Source: Candidatus Marinacidobacterales bacterium
Lineage (GTDB): Bacteria > Acidobacteriota > Vicinamibacteria > Marinacidobacterales > DATDRI01
Direction of reading: 5' to 3'
DNA length: 64,000 nt
NCBI GenBank assembly: GCA_965226495.1
Contig: OZ245365.1
Location: forward strand, 512,001 to 576,000
Shown here: positions 56,482-64,000 of the stretch, one piece after another
How the letters are laid out: every line of letters starts with the position of its first letter
Position numbering within the stretch: the first letter of the stretch is position 1
The notes under the pieces: model-generated
What the model was told of the DNA's origin: nothing
Database searches by the model: none
Seen by the model: the letters and a program-made list of their open reading frames with translations, nothing else
Program-made: the position numbers and the translations under genes

Positions 56482-57462
56482 GTGATCTCGATCGTCATTC
56501 CCGTCTACAACGAGTCCGACTGCTTACCCATTCTTCACCAGCGCCTCGTCGCCGCGTCGTCCTCCTGGAACGAGGAATTCGAATGCATCCTCATAGATGA
56601 TGGGAGCGCGGACCGTTCTCTCGAATTGATGCGCGACATCGCAAGCAAAGACAAGCGCTTCAAGGTCCTCTGCTTCACCCGAAACTTCGGACATCAATCC
56701 GCGGTCACCGCAGGCTTGTGCTACGCCTCGGGCGACGTCGTCGCGGTCATGGATGCCGATCTGCAGGACCCTCCCGAGGAGCTCAAGGCGTTCATCGACA
56801 AATGCCGGGAGGGCTACGACGTTGTTTATGCCGTCCGGACCCACCGCAAGGAAGGGCCGCTCAAGCGCATGAGCTACTGGTTTTACTATCGTTTGTTGAG
56901 GTCTCTCGCCTCCGTCGACATCCCCCTCGACTCGGGCGACTTCTGTGTGATGAGCCGTCGCGTCGTCGACACCATGAACGCGCTCCCGGAGCGTAACCGC
57001 TTCGTGAGGGGTCTGCGCACCTGGGTGGGTTATCACCAGGCGGGGCTCGAATACGAGCGGGGCGCGCGCGAAGCGGGCCAACCGAAATACACTGTTCGAA
57101 CGCTTCTCAACCTGGCCCTCGACGGCATCGTGAACTTTTCCTTCAAGCCGCTTCGGGTGGTGGCTATCGTCGGTGTTCTCATCGGCGCGGCTTCGTTTGC
57201 GGCCGCCTTCCTGTTTTTTCTGCAGTATGTGACCGATACGACCATCCTGGGGTACAACCCTCGGCAGGCTCCCGGGTGGACTTCCCTCGTTCTCGCCATC
57301 TTCTTTCTTTCCGGCACCCAGCTCGTGGGCATGGGCATTCTCGGTGAGTACATCGGTCGACTCTTCGAGGAGACCAAGGCTCGTCCGACGTATCTCGTCA
57401 AGGAACAGCTCAACTTCGATCATCAAAGAAGCCTATATCCTGGCAGCCCCAGCCAACGCTAG
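56482..57462 (+). CDS. GT2 polyprenol-phosphate glycosyltransferase (GtrB-like)
   Basis: SIVIPVYNE, DDGS, RNFGHQ, MDADLQDPPE, SGDF, GEYIGR; two C-terminal TMs. Confidence 0.93.
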   Translation: MISIVIPVYNESDCLPILHQRLVAASSSWNEEFECILIDDGSADRSLELMRDIASKDKRFKVLCFTRNFGHQSAVTAGLCYASGDVVAVMDADLQDPPEELKAFIDKCREGYDVVYAVRTHRKEGPLKRMSYWFYYRLLRSLASVDIPLDSGDFCVMSRRVVDTMNALPERNRFVRGLRTWVGYHQAGLEYERGAREAGQPKYTVRTLLNLALDGIVNFSFKPLRVVAIVGVLIGAASFAAAFLFFLQYVTDTTILGYNPRQAPGWTSLVLAIFFLSGTQLVGMGILGEYIGRLFEETKARPTYLVKEQLNFDHQRSLYPGSPSQR

Positions 57463-57595
57463 AACTAGCGTTCCTCGGCTGGTAAGATATTCTCAAGCTC
57501 GAAATACCTCAAAATCGATAGAAGTTCGGCTTTTCCGGGGCGCCATGCCGTCCCGAGGAGGATGGACCCGCCCTGTCGAGAGGCGGGAAACAGCC

Positions 57596-59983
57596 ATGGC
57601 TTGGCTCAAGCACATACTCGGAGAGCAAGTGCCGGATCACATCCGGGAAGCGAATCGTGCCGAGGAGGAGGGCGATTGGCGTCGGGCCGGTACTTGCTAC
57701 GAGCGGGTCGGGGACCTGCAGGGTGCGCTCGACCGGTACAAGAGGGCTCGAGATTACCCATTGTGTGCCGATCTCGCGTTGCGGATGGACCGTAGCGACC
57801 TCGCAGTGAAGTATTTCTTGCTCGCAGGGGACAAACTACAGGCGGCGGATTTGCTGAAGCAGTTGAACGAGCACCAACGCGCTGCCGAGTTGTTTGCTGA
57901 GATCGGTGCCTTCGACAACGCGGCGGCGGCATTCTTGGAGGCCGGTGATCACGTTCGTGCAGCGGAGCTCTATGCGGAGGGCGGTCATTTCTTGGAAGGG
58001 GGGGATGTCCTGGAAACCGCCGGAAAACTCTCCGAGGCTGCCGAGGCCTATAGCAAAGGCCATCACTATTCTAAGGCGGCGGCCGCTTTCGAAAAGACGG
58101 GCGACTTCGTGCGCGCGGGAAAAATCTACGAGCAAAGTGGTCGCCACGTCCATGCTGGCGAGGCGTTCGAGAAGGCGGGGGAGTTCTTGCTCGCGGCCTT
58201 GGCCTACAAGTCGCGAATTACCGACGCCGGCGTCGAAGCGCGGTATCTCGCCGAAGGACCGAAAGACCGGAGGCGGAACCTTTCGAGCCGAGCCGCTCGA
58301 TGTTTCGAAAAGGTGGGAGAACTGCCGGAAGCCGCCAGATTGCTCGAGGAAGCCGGTGACTACCGGGCCGCCGCCGAAATTGCAGAAAAGCTAGAGGAGT
58401 ACCGGCGGGCTGCCGAGCTCTACAACGCGGCGGGGGAGGCCTCGCGAGCCATCGAGATGTTCAAGCGGGCCGGGGATGATCGATCGGCGGATTCTCTCCG
58501 CGGAGAGCTGGCGCTTGATGAGGGGGATCACCAGTCGGCGGCCGAGGCTTTTCTCCGCAGCGGGGATCATGTGCGGGCGGCAGAGACATTTCTCGGTGTC
58601 GGACAATTCGAACGGGCGGCAGATTGCTACGAAGCCGTCGAGGCGTACTCCGAAGCCGCGGATGCCGCCATGCGGGCAGGCGCCAAGGCGCGCGCCGCCG
58701 CCTTCCTCGAAAAGGCCCACGACTTGGAAAAGGCCGCCGAAATCTATCAGGACATTGGGGACTCTGATCGTGCGATGGGTCTCTTTGCTGAATCGGGGCG
58801 CTTTTTCGAGGCCGCCCAGCTCGGAGGAAAGTCCTCGGCAAATCAAAGACTGGAGCTTTTGCAGCGAGTCGAGCCGGGGCACGAGAACTATCGGATGGCG
58901 GTCGAGGAGCTCGCTCAGAGTTTCATCGCAAGAGGTTGGGGCTCTCTAGCCGTCGACAAGCTCGATTCGCTTCTCGCCGGCACGGAGATTCGGGTCGAGG
59001 ATTTGAACCTGTGGGATCTTCTCGCCCAGGCATACGAGTCGCAGGGCAATCTCAAAATGGCGGCCGACTTGCTTCACAAGGTACTCGCAGTGAAGCACAA
59101 CTATGGGGACGTCGGCACTCGCCATCACGCCCTCTTGGAGCAAATAAAGGAGCAAGAGCGACGAGAGAGTGCGTTTCGCGGCGCCGATGGCATACAAGAC
59201 GGCGAGAGGTATGAGATTCAGAACCTCTTGGGTAAGGGCGGGATGGGCTCGGTCTATCGGGCTTTCGACAACCTATTGAAACGCGCCGTGGCCTATAAAG
59301 TCCTGTCGGAGAGGTTAGCCGGGGAACCGGAAGCACGGCGTCAGCTCATCGATGAGGCGCGAGCCGCGGCGTCACTCAATCACCCGAACATCATTACCGT
59401 TCACGATATCGGATTTGCCAATGGGAACACCTTCATCTGCATGGAGCTCATCGAGGGTGAAAGCTACTCCGCACTGCTCAAGAAGAAGCAGCGACTGACC
59501 ATCTTCGAAACAATGCATCTTTTCGTTTCGGTTTGTCAGGGCCTCGACCATGCTCACCACCGAGGCATCGTGCATCGAGACTTGAAACCGTCCAACCTTC
59601 TTTTGACGAACGAGGACCGTGTCAAGATCGTGGATTTTGGCTTGTCCATGCCCATCGACCAGGGTTTAGCGGGTATCGTAGCCGGAACACCGAAATACAT
59701 TGCACCCGAGCAGGCTCGAGGCGAGCCGAGCGACGCACGCTCCGATATCTACTCGTTAGGAGCCGCGCTCTATGAGCTACTCCTCGGGGAAGCACCGTTC
59801 GTCGAAGGCAATCTCATCCAGCAACATCTCTTCGCGCCGGTTCCCTCGTTACGATCGCGCGGCCTCGATGTTCCTGCGGCGCTCGATGAGCTCGTCCTGC
59901 ATGCGATGGCCAAGGATCCGTCGGAGCGTTTCCAATCCGCCGGTGAGATGATTTCCTTCGCCTCTGCAGCGCACCTTCTGTAA
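57596..59983 (+). CDS. Ser/Thr protein kinase with long N-terminal alpha-helical repeat region
   Basis: Many AAE.Y..AG repeats; LGKGGMG, HRDLKPSN, DFG, GTPKYIAPEQ, SDIYSLG. Confidence 0.92.
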   Translation: MAWLKHILGEQVPDHIREANRAEEEGDWRRAGTCYERVGDLQGALDRYKRARDYPLCADLALRMDRSDLAVKYFLLAGDKLQAADLLKQLNEHQRAAELFAEIGAFDNAAAAFLEAGDHVRAAELYAEGGHFLEGGDVLETAGKLSEAAEAYSKGHHYSKAAAAFEKTGDFVRAGKIYEQSGRHVHAGEAFEKAGEFLLAALAYKSRITDAGVEARYLAEGPKDRRRNLSSRAARCFEKVGELPEAARLLEEAGDYRAAAEIAEKLEEYRRAAELYNAAGEASRAIEMFKRAGDDRSADSLRGELALDEGDHQSAAEAFLRSGDHVRAAETFLGVGQFERAADCYEAVEAYSEAADAAMRAGAKARAAAFLEKAHDLEKAAEIYQDIGDSDRAMGLFAESGRFFEAAQLGGKSSANQRLELLQRVEPGHENYRMAVEELAQSFIARGWGSLAVDKLDSLLAGTEIRVEDLNLWDLLAQAYESQGNLKMAADLLHKVLAVKHNYGDVGTRHHALLEQIKEQERRESAFRGADGIQDGERYEIQNLLGKGGMGSVYRAFDNLLKRAVAYKVLSERLAGEPEARRQLIDEARAAASLNHPNIITVHDIGFANGNTFICMELIEGESYSALLKKKQRLTIFETMHLFVSVCQGLDHAHHRGIVHRDLKPSNLLLTNEDRVKIVDFGLSMPIDQGLAGIVAGTPKYIAPEQARGEPSDARSDIYSLGAALYELLLGEAPFVEGNLIQQHLFAPVPSLRSRGLDVPAALDELVLHAMAKDPSERFQSAGEMISFASAAHLL

Positions 59984-60044
59984 TCCGCTTCCTGTTCGTA
60001 TCGTTCAGACAGAACTGCCCCTGTAATTCTTCGAACGCCCTGCG

Positions 60045-60944
60045 CTAGCACGGCCCGCACGTATCCCCGTGCCCGTGGTGGCCGGACCAGGCATTCGGCG
60101 AGACCGACTTGGTTTTACCCTTGTGGCAGATAAGGATATGGTTCGGCTTCGCTGGATCGCGGTCGTCGCAGGACGATCGAGGAGTGACTTCCTCTTCTTC
60201 CTCTTCCTCTTCCTGCAATTTGATCTCGAAGGCAAAGACGTCTTTACCTTCGAACACGCCTCGGACGTGAACCCGATCCCCTTTTTCGAGATGCTCGAGG
60301 GTCAGGGATCGATTGCCCTTTCGGATCGAGGTCTCGCCGGCGCGTGTGAGGACGTGGTACCCGTTCACATCGAGAGAGCCCGTCATCATATTGGGGGGCG
60401 AATCGATGACGATATTCTGGGCTGCCCCATCGATCTCGATGCCGCTCGCCCCCTCATGGTCGATGCCGGTGCGGCTCTCTTCGAGAAGGACAACCTTCCC
60501 GTCTACCATAGCCACGACGATATCGATCTCCTGGTTAGGCTTGACGCCGTCGAACTCCATGGGCTCTCCCACCGGGTCTCCGTTCGCGTCCACGAAAACC
60601 AAGGTGAAGTATTCGGGGAGCCCGCGGAGCGTGAAGGAACCGTCCGCGTCGATGTCGACGCTTCCGAGCTCGGAGCCGTTCGCGTCGTACACGATCACCG
60701 CGGTCGCGGTCAGCTCGGTATTTGACGCCGTAGCGAGCGTGCGCTGCGCGTTGTAGCCGGCCGCGACCGATTGCTGCGAGCCGACAGCGACACCGCTCTG
60801 CTGGAATTCACCGTGGAGGGTCGCCCCTTGCTGTTGCTCCTCTTCGAAGCCGGCGAAAGGCGACGAGGGGCTGAAATCGCACCCCGCCGAAGCGAGTGTC
60901 AACACCGCCAAAAGGCAGACTGCATATCTTGTTCTCCGGTTCAT
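60045..60944 (-). CDS. Lipoprotein with DUF5666-like domain and His/Cys C-terminal motif
   Basis: Lipobox SAGC; L..GDRVHVRG...AFEIK; ICHKG...GHHGHGDTCGPC. Confidence 0.75.
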   Translation of the reverse strand: MNRRTRYAVCLLAVLTLASAGCDFSPSSPFAGFEEEQQQGATLHGEFQQSGVAVGSQQSVAAGYNAQRTLATASNTELTATAVIVYDANGSELGSVDIDADGSFTLRGLPEYFTLVFVDANGDPVGEPMEFDGVKPNQEIDIVVAMVDGKVVLLEESRTGIDHEGASGIEIDGAAQNIVIDSPPNMMTGSLDVNGYHVLTRAGETSIRKGNRSLTLEHLEKGDRVHVRGVFEGKDVFAFEIKLQEEEEEEEEVTPRSSCDDRDPAKPNHILICHKGKTKSVSPNAWSGHHGHGDTCGPC

Positions 60945-61122
60945 CGCCAACCTCCTACCCTCGCTCCCGGGGGGGAGGAGAAGGGGACACAAGTTTTTCA
61001 ATCTATTGTTCAAGTATCGCAGGTCTGAAGAGCCTGCATATGTTCTAGATCACAGGAGGAAATTTCGATGGTGTGGGTCACTCCCCACATAATTTCTCCG
61101 CAGCGGTGCCAGGAACTAGAAA

Positions 61123-61617
61123 CTAAAAACTAAAGCCGAGGACCAACTTGAGCTCTGGGGTGTCGCCCATCCCGACGCGTGCCTCCAGCAGGTAGCGGCG
61201 AAACGCTCGCGAGCCGCGACGCGGAGCCCCCCATTCGGCCCCGGCCACCAGGTTCAAAACGGGCTCGATGTTCAGCCCTCCTCCGCGTCCAATGCCACTC
61301 GTGACATCGATAAAGTTGATACCCAAGCCGCCCCCCGCATAGGGCCGAACGCGACCCGCGTTGAAGAGGTAGTGAGCGTCGAAGTTAGTCGAGGCCAGGG
61401 TGACTCCGTTTCCCAGGCCGAGCTCGAAGCTCGGCTGGAAGCGAACGCGTGAAGCCAATCTCCCGGCGTCGATGTGGGCACCAAAATTGAACTGGTCCGG
61501 GTTCAAGTTGACGCCACCGCGCAACCCGTAGGAGCGAACCCCGAGCTCTTGGCCGAGCGCCGTGCTTGCGGCCACACTGGTCGTCAAAAGCACGAGGCAG
61601 AGAAGTCGAGTCCTCAT
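61123..61617 (-). CDS. Outer membrane beta-barrel protein
   Basis: Signal peptide, amphipathic strands, PYAGGGLG, terminal Phe. Confidence 0.8.
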   Translation of the reverse strand: MRTRLLCLVLLTTSVAASTALGQELGVRSYGLRGGVNLNPDQFNFGAHIDAGRLASRVRFQPSFELGLGNGVTLASTNFDAHYLFNAGRVRPYAGGGLGINFIDVTSGIGRGGGLNIEPVLNLVAGAEWGAPRRGSRAFRRYLLEARVGMGDTPELKLVLGFSF

Positions 61618-61798
61618 CGCGCTCTCCTTGTTTTCTGCAAACCGGGTCTCCGCCCGTTTGTGAACGAGGCGACGAGCCGCTCCGCGAAATTGTTTGGATG
61701 TAACTTCAGGCTAACAGGGCGTGTCGCCCACGTCAAATGGTAGAGAAGTAGGAGCACACGTCCAGACGCGACTGTAGTTGTGGAGGTACTAACCTTTA

Positions 61799-63220
61799 TT
61801 AGTGTGTCAGCTGGATTGTCCTCCCAAGAGCTCTCCTCCCTATCGAGTGGGTGATTTGCCATGGGCGAAAGCCGGAGAGAACTCCCTCGAGCACCGGCAA
61901 CATCCTGCCCAACTGGCGCGCCCGGATGACCCAGTCCCACATCGGTTCGAGCTTTTTCCATCCTCCAGCGTACCCAATGTGACGCAACTGCCTCATAAAC
62001 GTTTCCTTGTGGGAAGCGCCACGCAGGATGGATCCCCACCGGTAGAAATCTCGATAGGCGCCCCAGTATCCAGCCTCTAGTGCCTCGGCGCCGATACCGC
62101 GCGGGCGGAACACGACGTGGCGTGTGTCGTAGAGATCCCATCGTCGATGGACCATGCGACCTTGACTCTCCATCCGTTTGAAAAGAGCCGTGCCCGGATA
62201 AGGAGTCAAAATATGAAACGTCGCGGTCTCGATTCCGTGTTCGATGGCCCACTCCACGGTGCGCGAGATGGCGGAGCCGTCGTCGTCGTCCATTCCGAAG
62301 ACGAAGCTTGCGTTCACCATAACGCCGAGATCGTGCAGGCGCCGGACTGCGGCGCCGTAGTCTTGGTGCACGTTTTGGTGCTTCCTCTGCTCTCGGAGAC
62401 TCTTAGCGTTCAGAGTCTCGAAGCCCACAAATAGGCTGCGAAGGCCACAGCGCACGGCCTTCTCCAGAAGCTTCGGTTTTAGTACCGACTGGACGGTTCC
62501 CGCCGCTTGCCACAGACGACCCATACCGCGCATGCCGTCGAAGAGGGCGGCCGCGAACTTGACGTCTCCGAATAAATGGTCGTCGAGAAAATAAAGGTGA
62601 CGTCCCGGAAGGCGATCGATCTCCGCAAGAGCCGCGTCCACGCGCTGCGTATAGAAACCCTTCCCCCCCTGGAAGAAGGCGACCTTGTAACAGAAATCGC
62701 AGACGTGTGGGCAGCCGCGCGAGACCACGATCGAGTTCGGAACGAGGTAGAGATGTCTTTTAATCAGATCGCGCCGGACGACCGGGAGACCGTCCAGCGT
62801 TCGGACTCGAGATCGGTAGATTGGTTTCGGGCGTCGAGCACGAAAGTCTTTCAAGAATTGGGGCCAAGTGTCTTCACCCGGCCCTAGGAAGATCGTGTCC
62901 GCGTGCTGGGCGGCCTCTTCAGGGAGAGACGTGACGTGCAACCCTCCGAGGGCGACATGCGCCCCCTTGGCTCGATAATGATCGGCGAGCCGGTAGGCCC
63001 GGTTCGCGGAGGTAATGTAAACCTGGATCACAACCAGATCCGGCTCATCGGAAAGTGTCAACGTCTCGACATGTTCATCCTGCATCTCAACCTGATCGTC
63101 TGCGCTGAGGTAGCCGGCGAGCGTTGCTAGGCCGAGAGGTGGGAACAGAGAGTACTTGATGGGGCGAAAAAACGGACTCTTGGCTTCCGTGAGCGCGGGT
63201 AGGATCATTTTGACCTTCAT
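61799..63220 (-). CDS. B12-binding radical SAM protein
   Basis: PPLGLATLA, LGGLH, GPGE, SRGCPHVCDFC, GFET, TPYPGT. Confidence 0.93.
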   Translation of the reverse strand: MKVKMILPALTEAKSPFFRPIKYSLFPPLGLATLAGYLSADDQVEMQDEHVETLTLSDEPDLVVIQVYITSANRAYRLADHYRAKGAHVALGGLHVTSLPEEAAQHADTIFLGPGEDTWPQFLKDFRARRPKPIYRSRVRTLDGLPVVRRDLIKRHLYLVPNSIVVSRGCPHVCDFCYKVAFFQGGKGFYTQRVDAALAEIDRLPGRHLYFLDDHLFGDVKFAAALFDGMRGMGRLWQAAGTVQSVLKPKLLEKAVRCGLRSLFVGFETLNAKSLREQRKHQNVHQDYGAAVRRLHDLGVMVNASFVFGMDDDDGSAISRTVEWAIEHGIETATFHILTPYPGTALFKRMESQGRMVHRRWDLYDTRHVVFRPRGIGAEALEAGYWGAYRDFYRWGSILRGASHKETFMRQLRHIGYAGGWKKLEPMWDWVIRARQLGRMLPVLEGVLSGFRPWQITHSIGRRALGRTIQLTH

Positions 63221-63717
63221 GGCGATTCCTCCTCGCCCAGGCCGAGCACGAGAATCGATACGCTTCTCCGCCTCGCCCCATCGAGCTCGACGAGGAAGAT
63301 GTTCTGGAACTCGCCAAGGTGAATCTCTCCTTCAGTAATGTTGAGACTCACGGACATGCCGAGCAGCAGGGCGCGGGCATGCGAGTGGCCGTTGGGTCTC
63401 TCGCCCGGTGGTACCTCGAGTCGCGCCTGAAGGTCGTTGTGGCGGTACGTTCTACCTTGCGGAGCCCATCGCTCCACCAATTCCTGGAAGTCTTCGAGCA
63501 GTAGGGGCTCGTTCTCGTTGACGAGAATCGCCGTCGTGGTGTGCTTGGTGTGGACGTTCACGAGCCCGTGGGTCACTCCCGACCGTCTCACCCTCTCTTT
63601 TACGAGCTCGGTGAGATCGATGAACTGAAAACGTTCCGCCGTCTGTAAATGAACGAGGTCGTTACAGACCTTGAAAGTGGACCCGACAGTCTCGCTGACA
63701 AAAAGATCGATCGACAT
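63217..63717 (-). CDS. yjbQ: YjbQ family protein
   Basis: HTTTAILVNENE, YRHND, NGHSH, LGEFQ.IFLVELDG. Confidence 0.92.
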   Translation of the reverse strand: MSIDLFVSETVGSTFKVCNDLVHLQTAERFQFIDLTELVKERVRRSGVTHGLVNVHTKHTTTAILVNENEPLLLEDFQELVERWAPQGRTYRHNDLQARLEVPPGERPNGHSHARALLLGMSVSLNITEGEIHLGEFQNIFLVELDGARRRSVSILVLGLGEEESP

Positions 63718-63801
63718 TTTTTCTCCTTCCCGACGCGCTTTCGGAAAGGTAGCAGAGCGAAGACGGTAAGAAATGACGGGAATATGACAGATGAGTGAGG
63801 C

Positions 63802-64000
63802 TTAGGTGAGCGGGGGAGTGAACGCTTGCCGCGGGCGTGGGCGACGCGGGCGATAGGTCAGGCCCAGGGCGAGGCCGAAGCCGAACATCAGCCCCTCGCT
63901 GGCGCTGATCACGGTTCGAGTGAGCGGACCCGCAGTGTCCTCGCCGAGAAGCCGCGCCAATGGATCCAAGCTCACTTGAGAGCCGGGGAAAGAGTGAGCC
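63802..64000 (-). CDS. C-terminal part of a membrane protein entering from the window end
   Basis: Open frame ...SLFPGSQVSLDPLARLLGEDTAGPLTRTVISASEGLMFGFGLALGLTYRPRR...LT*. Confidence 0.65.
   Translation of the reverse strand, partial: AHSFPGSQVSLDPLARLLGEDTAGPLTRTVISASEGLMFGFGLALGLTYRPRRPRPRQAFTPPLT

Overview
A GC-rich bacterial chromosomal segment. The ADOP-type duplicated ABC permease and many lipoprotein/Tat hydrolases suggest Acidobacteriota (inference). It encodes about 55 proteins, mostly catabolic enzymes, peptidases and transporters, plus two type II toxin-antitoxin loci, a molybdenum hydroxylase operon and an SxtJ/carbamoyltransferase/DUF5989/GT2 cluster. I saw no rRNA, tRNA or CRISPR array. 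The main hidden signal is two probable selenoprotein genes that the ORF track splits or misses. One is a GrdB/PrdB-like protein (UxxC, 4673-5692). The other is an 88-aa CMD/AhpD-like protein (CxxU, 18632-18898, minus strand). Both UGA codons are followed by hairpins of identical geometry (C18-[GUN]-G22) but different stem sequence, i.e. a candidate lineage SECIS. The CMD selenoprotein ends an arsR - ADOP permease - selenoprotein unit that has two ArsR-box-like operators. Other notable items: a 2+1 HxH four-helix membrane protein pair, a dispersed set of enzymes with non-canonical active sites that may form an unknown catabolic pathway, an IS903-group remnant, several palindromic elements, a (GHL)11 coding repeat, and at least seven broken genes. 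All family calls come from recognising motifs by eye; no database searches were run.
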